Below, piece after piece: positions 47,865 through 58,283 of a DNA stretch of 64,000 nt. The DNA comes from Patescibacteria group bacterium (GTDB lineage: Bacteria; Patescibacteriota; Patescibacteriia; 2-12-FULL-57-11). Under the pieces are notes generated by a model. That model searched no databases, was not told where the DNA came from, and saw only the letters and a program-made list of their open reading frames with translations. The stretch spans positions 93,862 to 157,861 of the forward strand of contig SCUL01000001.1 of NCBI GenBank assembly GCA_004297205.1, read 5' to 3'. Both the position numbers and the translations under genes were made by a program. Within the stretch, counting starts at the first letter, position 1; every line of letters starts with the position of its first letter.

Positions 47865-48116
47865 TCAGGAACCGGACGTCAGCATGTCCTCTTTTTCGAG
47901 GCGTGTCATCTGCTTGACGGCCGCCTCTTTTTTGCGCGCCGCGGTCGCAGAACGCATGGCCTGCGACCAGACCACGGTCACCGGCAACCGCGAGCGGGTG
48001 TACTTGGCGCCTTTCCCGGCGTTGTGCGCCGCGAGGCGCGCGGAAAGATCGTTGCTGATGCCGGCGTACAGCGTGCCGTCGGCGCAGCGCAACAAGTAAA
48101 CGTGCCAGCGGCTCAT
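47865..48116 (-). CDS. GIY-YIG nuclease family protein (UPF0213)
   Basis: WHVYLLRCADGTLYAGISND...HNAGKGAKYTRSRLPV. Confidence 0.92.
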   Translation of the reverse strand: MSRWHVYLLRCADGTLYAGISNDLSARLAAHNAGKGAKYTRSRLPVTVVWSQAMRSATAARKKEAAVKQMTRLEKEDMLTSGS

Positions 48117-49885
48117 GCCTCCGATCCAAGAAAGCCGCCCGCCTGGATGTTCCACAGGGTGGCGTACGTGCCTTTTTCCTGAAGCAACGTCTCATGCGTA
48201 CCCGTGGCGACGACGCGGCCGCGTTCGACGACCACGATGCGGTCCATTTCCATGATCGTGGACAGGCGGTGCGCGATAGCGATGACCGTCTTGTCGCGCA
48301 TCAGGGCGTGCAACGAGTCCTGGATCAACGCTTCGGATTCGGAGTCAAGCGACGAGGTGGCCTCGTCGAGCACCAGGATTGGCGCGTTCTTGAGGATGGC
48401 GCGGGCGATGGCCACGCGCTGGCGCTCGCCGCCCGAGAGCTTGATGCCGCGCTCGCCGACGTAGGTGCCGTAACCTTTCGGCAACGCGGCGATGAACTCG
48501 TCGCAATGCGCCCGCCTGGCCGCGGCGATCACCTCCTCGTCCGTGGCGTCGCGGCGGCCGTAGCGGATGTTTTCCATGAGCGTCCGATGGAAGAGCACCG
48601 GCTCCTGCGGCACGAGCGCGATCTGGGAGCGCAGCGAGTCCTGCGTGACCTTGGCGATGTCCTGTCCGTCGATCAGCACTTTGCCCTCCTGCACGTCGTA
48701 AAAACGGAACAGCAGTTTGGTGATGGTCGACTTTCCGGCCCCGGACGGACCGACCAGCGCGACCTTCTCGTGCGGTCTGATGGCCAGGGAGAAGCGTTCC
48801 AGGACCGGCTTGCGCCCGAAGGAGAAGGTGACGTTCCGGAAGGTGACGGCGCCGGACGTCACGCGCAACGGCTTGGCGCCGCGCGCATCCCGGACGCCGT
48901 GCGGCTGTTGCAGGATTTCCACCATCTCCTTACCGTCGGCGTAGGCGCCGAACAGATGGCGGAACGACCGGCTGATTTCCCAAACCTTATGGAACACCAG
49001 CGCCATGAAGGTCTGAATGAAGGCCAAATCGCCCAGCGAAAGGACGCCGGCGATCCAGGCGCGCACCCCCAGGTACATCAGGACGACTTCGATGACGATC
49101 ATCAGCACGCCCTGGATGGCGAAGATGGTGTCGTGACGCAACCAGCTCCGTATCTGGGCCCGGGCGCGGCGGCCGAGCACCTCGTCCAGTTTCTCCCGCT
49201 CATAACCATGCGCCGGGAACAGCTTGATGGTGACGGCGTTCGAGACGGCGTCCGCGAGCGCGCCGCCGACTTCGGAGTCGAGCTCCGCGCGCAGCGTGTC
49301 GGCCTGCACCGCCCAGCGCGCGGCAAGCACGTTGCAGAACAGGTACACGGCAGTCCAGGCCACGAACAGGACCGCCAACAAGGGCCATTGCAGTGCCAGG
49401 CCGACCGTCGCCGAAACGAGAACGATCGTCACCGGCAACATCCGGAAGGTGAGCTCGTCGGCGAACGTCTCAAAAGCCCGCGCCAGACGACCAATCTTCT
49501 TCACCAACGACCCGGCGAAGGTGTCGGCATAAAACTGGTACGAATGGCCGAGGAGGTAGTCGAACGCCTCCGACTCCAATTCGGCCATGACCGTCGGCTG
49601 GAGATTGTCGTTGATAAGCGCCTGGATGCGCCAACATACCCAGCCTGATACTTTGACCAAAACGAAGGCGGCAATGACCGGAAGGAAAAGGGCCATGGTG
49701 GCCACTGTGGGCGTCGTACCCTCGAGGAGGTCGAACAACCGCTTGATGATCCAAGGCTGCGCCGTTTCCAGTCCGATCGCGCCCGCCGTGAAGAGAAGCG
49801 TGAAAAACGTCCACCACGGATGGCGGAGCGCGGCGCGCACGAACAGCACGAAGACGTCCTTCACGGTGACCTGCTTCATAGCCAT
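48113..49885 (-). CDS. ABC exporter, fused permease/ATP-binding protein
   Basis: TM domain; [28 protein letters not shown]. Confidence 0.95.
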   Translation of the reverse strand: MAMKQVTVKDVFVLFVRAALRHPWWTFFTLLFTAGAIGLETAQPWIIKRLFDLLEGTTPTVATMALFLPVIAAFVLVKVSGWVCWRIQALINDNLQPTVMAELESEAFDYLLGHSYQFYADTFAGSLVKKIGRLARAFETFADELTFRMLPVTIVLVSATVGLALQWPLLAVLFVAWTAVYLFCNVLAARWAVQADTLRAELDSEVGGALADAVSNAVTIKLFPAHGYEREKLDEVLGRRARAQIRSWLRHDTIFAIQGVLMIVIEVVLMYLGVRAWIAGVLSLGDLAFIQTFMALVFHKVWEISRSFRHLFGAYADGKEMVEILQQPHGVRDARGAKPLRVTSGAVTFRNVTFSFGRKPVLERFSLAIRPHEKVALVGPSGAGKSTITKLLFRFYDVQEGKVLIDGQDIAKVTQDSLRSQIALVPQEPVLFHRTLMENIRYGRRDATDEEVIAAARRAHCDEFIAALPKGYGTYVGERGIKLSGGERQRVAIARAILKNAPILVLDEATSSLDSESEALIQDSLHALMRDKTVIAIAHRLSTIMEMDRIVVVERGRVVATGTHETLLQEKGTYATLWNIQAGGFLGSEA

Positions 49886-49951
49886 ATTCTAGCACGACTC
49901 CCCTCCTTGACGCGTCCTCTCCGCGCTGGTAAGCCAGGGACGAGGTGTGAC

Positions 49952-51472
49952 ATGAACCCGACCGATCTCCGTTCGTTCTCCTACAGAATGAGCGCGACGC
50001 GACTCGGGGACATCACGTACCTTCCCGAGGAGCCGTCGCCGCACGCCTTCATCGGCGCGCATGAAGTCATACAGCAGCGGCTCGACCGGCTCCCCCCGGA
50101 GCTGGCGGCCGACATCCGCGCCCATCCGCGCGACCTGTACATCCGCATGGCCGTGGAAACGGCGGCGCACTTGGCGGCCTGGCCGCCGCACGGCGTGCCG
50201 CAATGGTTCGATGCGCTGCCCGAGGCCTACCGCCGCGAAGCGGAACGGCAGTACGCCATCCACGCCACGGAGGACCCGAACATCGCGCTCGGGTTCCCCT
50301 ACACGCGGCTCGGCGGGTACGTCGTGGACCTGGACGAGCGCGGCATGCTCGGGCAGGCCTACCACCTGTTCCGGCTGCAACGGCTGAACTTCATCCGGCA
50401 GCTGGCCTGGCTGACCCAGCCGGTCCTGCCGCAGGATGCGCACGACATCTACCCGGCGCGGTACGAACACAACCGGCTCAGCCACGTCGAAGATGTCGCC
50501 GCTGTCGCCAACCTGCTCGGCCACGGCCTCGGCTTGTCCGAGACCGAGGTCCGCACGCTGACCCTGGCGGCGATGACGCACGACGCGCGTACTCCGGCCG
50601 GCGGCGACACCACGAAGCTGCTCGACCGGGACTACTTCGACGAGGACAAGCACTACGGCGAACTCCTCGCGCGCGACGGCGTGGCCGACTTCCTCCGGGA
50701 GTTCGGCATCGACGCGGCCTTCCTCACGGCCACCGTGCAGGGAGAGGGGCTGCTCGGCACGCTCCTCGACCTGGCCGACAAGACGGCCTACCTCTCGCGC
50801 GACGCAGCCAGCTTCCACTACCGGTTCCGCAACGAGCTCGCGGACTGCCCGGAAGGACAGGCCGTCCACGACCTGCTCATCAAGCGGCCAGACGTCTGCG
50901 CCGCCTGGCGCTGCGCCGAGGTCCGCGGCGGCAAGCTCGTCCTCCGGGACCCGGAAGCGCTGGCCGAGATGCTGCGCCTGCGCGCGCTCCTGTTCCGCTC
51001 CCTGTATTTCCACCCGGGCGCGCGGTACACGGAGTGGATCGTCTCGCACATCGTTCTGCGCCATCTGGTGAAGAGCGGCGAGATCCGGAAAGAAGATCTT
51101 CTGGAATGGAACGACCAAGAGCTCGATCTGCACGTTCAGCGCTACACCAACTTCGGCCTCGGCAGCGTCTTCGGCGATCCCGTCTATGAAGGATTCGACG
51201 ACGAGGCCTCTGCCGAAGCGCGACGCACCGAGCTCCTGGCCGACAATGAAAACTGCGTGACCATCGAACGTCTGCCGGCGAAGATCGGCAGCGGCACCAA
51301 GTTCCTGGTGCTCGGACCACGGAAGCGGAAACCGTTGCCGTTGGCCGAGGCCTACCCGGAGCTCGCGGCCCCGGTCGACGCGCTGGCCCGCGTCGTCCAA
51401 CCCTACCGGCTGTACTGGGTGCCGACGGACTCGCTCCCCGGCCGCCTGCGGAAGTTCTTCGCGGACACCTGA
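49952..51472 (+). CDS. HD-domain phosphohydrolase (dNTP triphosphohydrolase-like) with N-terminal extension
   Basis: QRLNFIRQL, HNRLSH, MTHD, DLADKTAYLSRDA, R..LFRSLYFHP; promoter TTGACG-17-TAAGCC, SD GAGGTG. Confidence 0.82.
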   Translation: MNPTDLRSFSYRMSATRLGDITYLPEEPSPHAFIGAHEVIQQRLDRLPPELAADIRAHPRDLYIRMAVETAAHLAAWPPHGVPQWFDALPEAYRREAERQYAIHATEDPNIALGFPYTRLGGYVVDLDERGMLGQAYHLFRLQRLNFIRQLAWLTQPVLPQDAHDIYPARYEHNRLSHVEDVAAVANLLGHGLGLSETEVRTLTLAAMTHDARTPAGGDTTKLLDRDYFDEDKHYGELLARDGVADFLREFGIDAAFLTATVQGEGLLGTLLDLADKTAYLSRDAASFHYRFRNELADCPEGQAVHDLLIKRPDVCAAWRCAEVRGGKLVLRDPEALAEMLRLRALLFRSLYFHPGARYTEWIVSHIVLRHLVKSGEIRKEDLLEWNDQELDLHVQRYTNFGLGSVFGDPVYEGFDDEASAEARRTELLADNENCVTIERLPAKIGSGTKFLVLGPRKRKPLPLAEAYPELAAPVDALARVVQPYRLYWVPTDSLPGRLRKFFADT

Positions 51473-51508
51473 CAAGGTGTCCCTCTTTTTTGTGGTAGCA
51501 TCCTCGGC

Positions 51509-52756
51509 ATGCACATCGCCATCATCGGCGGCGGGGCGGCCGGACTCATGGCCGCCGCGGCCGCGCAGGAAACCACCCCCGCGGCCACCATCTCCCTCAT
51601 CGAGCGCAACCCGTCGCTCGGCAAGAAGGTCATCATCTCCGGCGGCGGACGCTGCAACGTCACGACCGGGCTCCACGATATCCGCGCCGTGCTTTCGCGT
51701 TACCCGCGCGGCGGCAAGTTCCTGTCCTCGGCCATGCGCCGTTTCCCGCCGGCCTGGACCATCGCCTGGTTCGAAGCGCACGGCGTGCCGCTCAAGACCG
51801 AAGAGGACCTGCGCGTCTTCCCCCGCTCCGACGACGGTAAAGACGTGGTGGCGGTCTTCGAACGGCTCTTCCGCGCGCCGGACTCGCACGTCCGTCCCCT
51901 GCTCGGCCGTCACGCCGTCGCCGTCGCCAAAACCGCGCACGGATTCGCGGTGTCGTTCCGCAGCGGCGCACCGCTCACGGCCGACCGCCTCATCCTGACC
52001 ACCGGCGGCCAGGCGTACCGGCAGACCGGTTCGACCGGCGACGGCTACGCCTTTGCTGAATCGCTCGGCCACCGCATCACGCCGCTCGCACCGAGTCTCA
52101 ACTCCTTCTTCAGCAAGGAGACCTGGCCCAAGGAACTGTCCGGGTTGTCCGTTCCCCGCGCCAAGCTCTCCGCGCCGGGCGTTCTGCACGCCGCGTACGT
52201 TGGCCCGTTCCTGTTCACGCACCGCGGCGTGAGCGGGCCGGCCGTCTTCGCACTGTCGGCGCTCGTGGCTTTCGAGCGCTTCGACGCCGCGCATCCCCTG
52301 CCGATCACCATCGACCTCTTTCCGGACGAAAAGGCGGAGGCGCTGGCCGCCCGACTGGCTGAAACATTCCGCGCCAACGGCAAGAAGAGCATCAAGACCG
52401 TCCTCGGTTTTCTGCTTCCCAAGGCGCTCGCTGCCGTCCTCGTCGCGGAAGTCGACGTGGAGGGCGAGGAACAGGCGGCGCAGGCATCGAAAAAAGACGT
52501 CACGGCATGCGTCCGCTGGATGAAAGGCATGCCGCTGACCGTCATCGGCCGCGGCGCCGGGGACGAATTCGTGACCGCGGGCGGCGTGGACACGGACGAG
52601 GTGAATCCGCGGACCATGGAGTCGCGCATCTGTCCCGGTCTCTTCTTCGCCGGGGAAATTCTGAACGTTGACGGCTTCACCGGCGGGTTCAACCTGCAGG
52701 CCTCCTGGGCTACGGGCCGCGTGGCCGGGGAGAACTCTGCCGGCGTGTTCCCGTAA
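51509..52756 (+). CDS. HI0933/BaiN-family flavoprotein
   Basis: IIGGGAAG, GKKVIISGGGRCNVT, TGDGY, LFTHRGVSGP, VTAGGV, GEILNVDGFTGGFNLQ. Confidence 0.94.
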   Translation: MHIAIIGGGAAGLMAAAAAQETTPAATISLIERNPSLGKKVIISGGGRCNVTTGLHDIRAVLSRYPRGGKFLSSAMRRFPPAWTIAWFEAHGVPLKTEEDLRVFPRSDDGKDVVAVFERLFRAPDSHVRPLLGRHAVAVAKTAHGFAVSFRSGAPLTADRLILTTGGQAYRQTGSTGDGYAFAESLGHRITPLAPSLNSFFSKETWPKELSGLSVPRAKLSAPGVLHAAYVGPFLFTHRGVSGPAVFALSALVAFERFDAAHPLPITIDLFPDEKAEALAARLAETFRANGKKSIKTVLGFLLPKALAAVLVAEVDVEGEEQAAQASKKDVTACVRWMKGMPLTVIGRGAGDEFVTAGGVDTDEVNPRTMESRICPGLFFAGEILNVDGFTGGFNLQASWATGRVAGENSAGVFP

Positions 52757-52788
52757 AAAACACCCCCGCCACGGCGGGGGTATTTTTA
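52757..52788. terminator. Bidirectional terminator
   Basis: AAAA-CACCCCCGCC-ac-GGCGGGGGTA-TTTTT between convergent genes. Confidence 0.75.
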
Positions 52789-52802
52789 CGCGATCCTGCT
52801 CC

Positions 52803-53981
52803 CTACGGCAGGTTTACGTTGACGTTCAGATTGAGATTCGCGTTCGCGTTTGCATTGGCATTCACGTTCACGTTCTCATTTTCGTTCTCATTTTCGTTTT
52901 CGTTGTCGTTCTCATTGTCGTTTGTGTTGACGTTGACATTGGCGCGCGGGCCGGTACCCGTCGCCGCGCCCGAACCGACGCGCAACTCGATGCGCAGCCT
53001 CAGCTGGCTGGCGGCCATGATCTGGGCATCCTGGGCGGTACGATGGGCCTGGGAAGCCAGCTGGAAAGCCTCGCCGTTCGCCCCGGCCGCAAGTCGGGCG
53101 CGCGCCTCGACCAGCAGAGTGTCGGCGGCGGACAGACGCGCTTCGCCGCGGGCCGTCGCTTCGGCGGACAGACGCGCACGGACACCGGCAATGTAACGAC
53201 GGACCTCGGCGATCTTGTTGGTGGCGGCGCCGATGCGGCCCTCCGCCGCGGCCCGCACGTCGGCCTGCGCCTTCAGGCGCCCTTCGAGATCGACGCGGAT
53301 GCGCTCGAAGGCGCGTGCCTCCTCCCCCACGCGGCCCCGAAGCGCGGCGGTCTCGGCCGCCTCCGACTGGCTGTCGATGTCGGCTTCGAGCTGCGCCAAG
53401 ACCTGCTCATGTGCCTTGAGCGACGTCTCGAGGTTCGAGGCGATGTCGGCCGCGGCCCGCACGTCGGCGTCCTCCAGATCGTCAATCAGCGCCTGGACGC
53501 GCCCGGCATGATCGCTGAAGTTTGTCTCGACCTGGGCACGCGTCTGGCCGTCCAGCCGGCCGTCCACGGCCAGCCGTTCCGCTTCATTCAGCCGTTCCAC
53601 GGCGATCTCGCCGTTCGTGCCGGCCTTGGCTTCGGCCGAAACGGAGAGCCCGACGCGCACGCGCTCGTTGACCTGGACCTTGATCGGATGCAGGACGTCG
53701 CCGGGAAGGCTGGTGTTGGCGGCGACCGAAACGCCCCCGCCGAGGACCAGGGCTATGATGATAGCGATGATTGCGTTCATATAAACGAATCCTTTAGCGG
53801 CGCCGACGCGGGGCGGCGGCACCTTGGCGCCTTTCTTGCGCGCCATGGATAAACCAATAGCAATGGCTTGCGCACGGCTGCGGACCACGCGCCGCGCTTT
53901 GCCGCTGTGGAGTTTCCTTCTTTTATATTTGCTGACCGCCCGTTTGACCGACTTTTGGGCGGCTTTCCCGTATCTCGCCAT
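52803..53981 (-). CDS. DUF6496-like basic peptide read in frame into a DUF5667-like secreted coiled-coil protein with an (Asn-X)n tail; second start probable at 53780
   Basis: LHSGK...VRSRAQAIAIGLSMARKKGAKVP; MNAIIAIIIAL..SLPGDVLHPIK; tail NDNENENENENENVNVNANANANANLNLNVNVN. Confidence 0.75.
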   Translation of the reverse strand: MARYGKAAQKSVKRAVSKYKRRKLHSGKARRVVRSRAQAIAIGLSMARKKGAKVPPPRVGAAKGFVYMNAIIAIIIALVLGGGVSVAANTSLPGDVLHPIKVQVNERVRVGLSVSAEAKAGTNGEIAVERLNEAERLAVDGRLDGQTRAQVETNFSDHAGRVQALIDDLEDADVRAAADIASNLETSLKAHEQVLAQLEADIDSQSEAAETAALRGRVGEEARAFERIRVDLEGRLKAQADVRAAAEGRIGAATNKIAEVRRYIAGVRARLSAEATARGEARLSAADTLLVEARARLAAGANGEAFQLASQAHRTAQDAQIMAASQLRLRIELRVGSGAATGTGPRANVNVNTNDNENDNENENENENENVNVNANANANANLNLNVNVNLP

Positions 53982-54040
53982 ACGCGGGAGAAAAGAAAAG
54001 GAGCAAGAATTCGATTATACACTTTTTGTGTCCCGCCGGA

Positions 54041-55069
54041 CTATACGATCTGCTCAAACAGCCGGGCGTAGGCCTGCCCCACCCGCCGCCGGTCGAAGCG
54101 CGTCTCCGCTTCCGTGCGGCATGCTTCACGAGAAAGACGGCCGACATTGCCGATCCTATCCTTGAAATCCTCAAAGGAGTCAACGATATAGCCGGTCACG
54201 CCGTCGCGCAACACCTCCGGCACGGAACCGTTGTTGAAGGCCACGACCGGCGTGCCGCAGGCCAGGGACTCGATCATCACCAGCCCGAACGCCTCCTGCC
54301 AGCGGCTCGGGAACAGCAGGGCTTTGGCGCCGGCGAAGAGGGCGGACTTTTCCGCCTGGCTGATTTCGCCGACATAGCGGATCTGCTCGCCGTCCACGAA
54401 GGAGAACACCTCCTTTTGCACGAAGGCCTCGTCTTCCTTCCGATACACGCCGGCGATGACCAGCCGTTCCCCGAGCTCGCGCGCCGCCCGAACGGCAAGA
54501 TCGACGCCCTTGTCGTGCGTCATGAGACCGATGAAAAGCAGATACCCGTCGCCCGGGGAGAAATCCGGGATATAGGCCGAGGTGTCGATCCCGTGCGGAA
54601 TGGTGGCGACGTAGTTCAGCGCGGGGGCCAACCGGCGCTGCGCCTCGCTGATCGACACGAACGGCCGGTCCTTAAAGCGCTCGGCCAGGTAGGGAAAGTC
54701 CGGCGGCTTGCTGCCGTGCAGCGTGGTGACGATCGGCGCGTCGACCACCCGGCTCAAGACGAGCGGATGGATACCGGCATGATTATGGATGACGTCGAAC
54801 TCGCCCGCGCGCGCCAGGAGCTCGTCGAACGCCAGGAACTCGTATGCCGGGACGGCGTTCCAGGAGAATCCGCCGAGCAGTTCGAGCATCGGCTTCCCGA
54901 TGACTTGCACCAGCGTGGCGGGGGTCTTCGATCCGCCGCAGGCGAACAGCGTCACCTCGTGACCCAACTCGTGCAGGGCCGTGGAGATGTCGGAGACGGC
55001 CAGCTCCGTGCCGCCGTATTTGGGCGGCGGGACCGGGACCCACAGCGGGGCGAATTCGGCGATCCTCAT
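54041..55069 (-). CDS. Glycosyltransferase family 4
   Basis: VPPPKYGGTE, PSRWQEAFGLVMIESLACGTPVVAF. Confidence 0.93.
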   Translation of the reverse strand: MRIAEFAPLWVPVPPPKYGGTELAVSDISTALHELGHEVTLFACGGSKTPATLVQVIGKPMLELLGGFSWNAVPAYEFLAFDELLARAGEFDVIHNHAGIHPLVLSRVVDAPIVTTLHGSKPPDFPYLAERFKDRPFVSISEAQRRLAPALNYVATIPHGIDTSAYIPDFSPGDGYLLFIGLMTHDKGVDLAVRAARELGERLVIAGVYRKEDEAFVQKEVFSFVDGEQIRYVGEISQAEKSALFAGAKALLFPSRWQEAFGLVMIESLACGTPVVAFNNGSVPEVLRDGVTGYIVDSFEDFKDRIGNVGRLSREACRTEAETRFDRRRVGQAYARLFEQIV

Positions 55070-56538
55070 AGACGGGTCCTGGTTTCTAATTCCTTAAGCA
55101 ACATCGCGGAAACACGTTTGGTGAAGCGGGTCTCGGCGTCGACCATGACCACCGACGCATGAAGCGCAAACACGAGGACGGCGGCGGCCGCGATCGCCGG
55201 GCGTCCTTCGGCGACGGCGATCATCCCGAGCACGGCGCTGACGATGCTCATGCCGATCTCGAAAATCGAGTGTTCGACGGCCGGGGGAACGCGCGGAATG
55301 ATGAACTTGTTGGTGCGCTCAAACTTGCCGCCGAGGCGGAAGACGCCCAGGAAGAGCGCGGTGGCGTACGTCCAATTCATGCCGAAGTGGACGGCCAGGG
55401 CCCGCAGGATGTCCGTCCAGGAGTATCTCCCATGGAACAGCAGGCCGAAGGCAACCGTCTTCGTCGCGACGTGGATGGCCAAGGCTGCCGCGGACACCAG
55501 GATGATCCGTTCGGTGAAGCGCCCTTCGCCGATGCCGGCCATCTCCGCCAAGGAAAAGGCGACGATGCACAGGCTCGGGAGCAACGTAAAATTCGTCCAG
55601 GCGCCGAGTTGCGACAAGAGCGCCAGCTTCTGGGCCCACGACAGGTCGCTGGGGAAGACGATGTCCGTGAAACGCCGCATCAGGACCTCCATGTTCCCGC
55701 GCGCCCACCGCTTCTTCTGTTTCTTGTAGGCGACGAAGTCGTACGGCATCACCCCGCGGCCCATGACCCGGTCGACAAAGACGCCGCGATACCCCGCAAA
55801 GAACAGCCGTGCGCCCATCTCGGCGTCCTCCGTCATCGAAGTGGGCGTGTAGGGCCCGACGTGCCGCAGCACCGCGGCGCGGAAGACGGTCAGCGTACCC
55901 GTCGCCGTGACGCACCCGAAACGGTTGCCGGCGTTCAGGTAATTCTGGAAGAAGTGCTCATACTCGATGCGCAGACCCCGGTTCCCGGAACCGATGTTTT
56001 GGTAGGTCTGCGGAAACTGCACGAAGGCCACGCGCTCGTCGCTGAAATACCGCAGCGCTTCCGTGAGGAAGTCCGGCTGGACCTCGTAGTCGGCGTCGAC
56101 CACGGCGATGAATTCCGCGCGCGGGTCGGTCTTCTCCCGCAACAGATTCAACGCTCCGGCCTTGAATCCGGACAACTTGTCGACGTGATAGAACCGGAAG
56201 GGCGCCCCGAGCTCCTTGCAGTAGGCCTGGATGGGTCTCCAGACGGCGGGGTCCGCGGTGTTGTTGTCCAGGACGATCACCTCGAAGTCGCCGTGCCGCA
56301 ACCCGTGCAGCGAGCGCAGGGTGTTCTTGAGCAGGACGGGCGGTTCGTTGCAGGTCGGCACGTGGATCGAGACGAAGCCGGTGCGCGGTCGGGCCGAGCG
56401 CCGCGGCGGTCTCTTGGGGAGCAGGGCGCCGACGATCTGTAATCCGCCCTGCACGGCCACGAGGGAAACCGAGCCGTATGTCAGCAAAAGCAGGGCGCCG
56501 ACAAAAATGTCATGTGCGGCCGTGACATACAGGGGCAT
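55066..56538 (-). CDS. Processive glycosyltransferase family 2 (cellulose/glucan synthase-like)
   Basis: HVPTCNEPP, GFKAGALN, VVDADY, TEDAE, KQKKRWARG; C-terminal TM helices. Confidence 0.92.
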   Translation of the reverse strand: MPLYVTAAHDIFVGALLLLTYGSVSLVAVQGGLQIVGALLPKRPPRRSARPRTGFVSIHVPTCNEPPVLLKNTLRSLHGLRHGDFEVIVLDNNTADPAVWRPIQAYCKELGAPFRFYHVDKLSGFKAGALNLLREKTDPRAEFIAVVDADYEVQPDFLTEALRYFSDERVAFVQFPQTYQNIGSGNRGLRIEYEHFFQNYLNAGNRFGCVTATGTLTVFRAAVLRHVGPYTPTSMTEDAEMGARLFFAGYRGVFVDRVMGRGVMPYDFVAYKKQKKRWARGNMEVLMRRFTDIVFPSDLSWAQKLALLSQLGAWTNFTLLPSLCIVAFSLAEMAGIGEGRFTERIILVSAAALAIHVATKTVAFGLLFHGRYSWTDILRALAVHFGMNWTYATALFLGVFRLGGKFERTNKFIIPRVPPAVEHSIFEIGMSIVSAVLGMIAVAEGRPAIAAAAVLVFALHASVVMVDAETRFTKRVSAMLLKELETRTRL

Positions 56539-56626
56539 AGTTGGTCGTGGACCATTATGCCATCCGGACGGGAAAATGGCCACTCGCCGCATGTCGCCGC
56601 CGCAGGAGCTGCGGGAGCTGAGCGGT

Positions 56627-56644
56627 CAGGGGCGGTAGGAATCG
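56627..56644 (-). repeat. 18-bp copy of the tRNA-Trp 3' end (att-like)
   Basis: CAGGGGCGGTAGGAATCG is identical to 62029-62046 and 60573-60590. Confidence 0.85.
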
Positions 56645-56832
56645 GTTTGCTGCCGCAAACGAAAACACCAGCCACATCGGCTGGTGTTTTCGTGACAGGC
56701 CAACTCGCCTGAAAACTGACACTTTCAGGGGGGTTCAAGCTACTTTCGGGGTTTGACCGCTGGATACTCGGTCGGAAGAGAAAAGTGGAAAAAGTGGGAC
56801 TCCGGGTGAGGGGCGTGTCTCACTTTTAGAGG

Positions 56833-57336
56833 TTACAGGAGCCGCGCGGTCGAAAGCTTGATGGAGAGTGCCTGGGCACTGACAAGGTATTTCTTCGCCA
56901 GCGAAGGAATGTCCGGCGTGGCCGCGAGATCCTTCTTTAGCATCTTCGCGGGCATCAGCAATTCGCCAGCAAAGAGGTTCGCCTCCTTTTCGGCGTGCGA
57001 GGCCGGACCGTCTTCGCTACAGCTACCGTGCCTCATGAGCATGTGTCCGATTTCATGCGCCAGTGTAAAGCGGCGGCGACACCCTGGGTGGTTCTCGTTG
57101 AACACAATCGTGACGAATTCATCGTCCGCCTTTTTACACACGACCAGAAGTCCAGAGACCTTTTCGGTGAACTTCTGGCTGCCGACCACGTCTAGGTTTG
57201 TTTTGGACTGAAGATGCTCAATGACTTGGCGCAGGGACACGGGTGCGGTCGAGATGCGCGCATGCTTCAGAAGATTTTGAGCTGTGACTTCAGCAAACTT
57301 CTTCCGAGGCCCGAGATCGACCCCGCCCTCATCCAT
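56833..57336 (-). CDS. ImmA/IrrE-family metallopeptidase
   Basis: RRRFTLAHEIGH, EKEANLFAGELLMP; start uncertain. Confidence 0.92.
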   Translation of the reverse strand: MDEGGVDLGPRKKFAEVTAQNLLKHARISTAPVSLRQVIEHLQSKTNLDVVGSQKFTEKVSGLLVVCKKADDEFVTIVFNENHPGCRRRFTLAHEIGHMLMRHGSCSEDGPASHAEKEANLFAGELLMPAKMLKKDLAATPDIPSLAKKYLVSAQALSIKLSTARLL

Positions 57337-57679
57337 TCTTTGCATTCCCTTTTCGCTTAGCCATTTCAATAATCCGCTCGATCGCTTCCCGATCTTGTTT
57401 GGAAATATTCTTCTCCGCCCTAAGCGCAACTATGACGTCCATCTTTGTGTCTTTGCCCAGCAAAGAATCCACGTCGATCTTAAGGATGCTTGCGATGCGA
57501 CCCAGATTCTCCGCCGTCACCCCGCGCTGGTCGTTTTCTATGAGGGAGATGGCGGTAGCGGTTTCGAAATCCAGCGCCTTCGCAAGGTCAAGCTGTGAAT
57601 AACCTGCGGCCTCCCGTGCAGCCCGTATGCGCTGACCAATTGTTTTCGCCTTATTCTCATCGGTTTTCATACGTTTCAT
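57329..57679 (-). CDS. XRE-family HTH repressor
   Basis: IGQRIRAAREAAGYSQLDLAKAL...AISLIENDQR. Confidence 0.92.
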   Translation of the reverse strand: MKRMKTDENKAKTIGQRIRAAREAAGYSQLDLAKALDFETATAISLIENDQRGVTAENLGRIASILKIDVDSLLGKDTKMDVIVALRAEKNISKQDREAIERIIEMAKRKGNAKNG

Positions 57680-57707
57680 GTTGGCATGATAGCATCATCG
57701 TTTCGAT

Positions 57708-57757
57708 TTGACAAGGGTATTTCGTATTGATATACTTCTATTGTCATAATGACAATA
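57708..57757 (+). promoter_or_regulatory. Promoter TTGACA-17-TATACT with a 19-bp palindromic operator over the start site
   Basis: TTGACA 57708-57713, TATACT 57731-57736, TATTGTCAT-A-ATGACAATA 57739-57757. Confidence 0.85.
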
Positions 57758-57778
57758 TCCCCCGTAGGGGTCACCCAC

Positions 57779-58051
57779 ATGAACACCTACCTCGTGTCGT
57801 ACGACCTTCGGAAGCCGGGAAAGGATTACGCCCCGCTGCACGCGTTCCTCAAAAAGTATTCGGCATACGCGAAGCCCCTTGAGTCGCTGTGGTTCGTGAA
57901 GAGCCCGCTGACCGCCGAGGGCGTCCGCAACGAGATCATGACCCAAATCGACTCCAACGACCGCCTCTTCGTCGTGAACGTCACCAAGGCGGGTGCGGCT
58001 TGGACCGGCGTGGACAACGCAAATTCTAACTGGATTAAGGCTAACATGTAA
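57779..58051 (+). CDS. Small protein with Cas2/VapD-like N-terminal motif
   Basis: MNTYLVSYDLRKPGKDY...LESLWFV...DSNDRLFV. Confidence 0.75.
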   Translation: MNTYLVSYDLRKPGKDYAPLHAFLKKYSAYAKPLESLWFVKSPLTAEGVRNEIMTQIDSNDRLFVVNVTKAGAAWTGVDNANSNWIKANM

Positions 58052-58056
58052 CCCCT

Positions 58057-58278
58057 ATGGCAAACCAGCACATAGTGCAGCGCGAGGAAGGTTGGGCGGT
58101 CCGGCGCGAGAAGGCCGGACGCGATACCGCCGTCCTCGACACCCAAGCGGAGGCAATCAAAGAGGCGAAGCGCATCGCGGACAACCAGGGCGGCGAGGTG
58201 CTCATCCACGGGCGTGACGGCAAGATCCGCAACAAGGATACGCACAGCAAGGTCGACCATCACCCACCTAAAGGCTAA
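58057..58278 (+). CDS. DUF2188 protein
   Basis: NQHIV....GWAVRRE...TQAEAI..A...EVLIHGRDGKIR. Confidence 0.9.
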   Translation: MANQHIVQREEGWAVRREKAGRDTAVLDTQAEAIKEAKRIADNQGGEVLIHGRDGKIRNKDTHSKVDHHPPKG

Positions 58279-58283
58279 CCCCC

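Noticed and set aside
57779-58051. Cas2-like protein as evidence of a CRISPR-Cas locus
   Set aside because: No cas1 or other cas genes and no repeat-spacer array seen anywhere in the window
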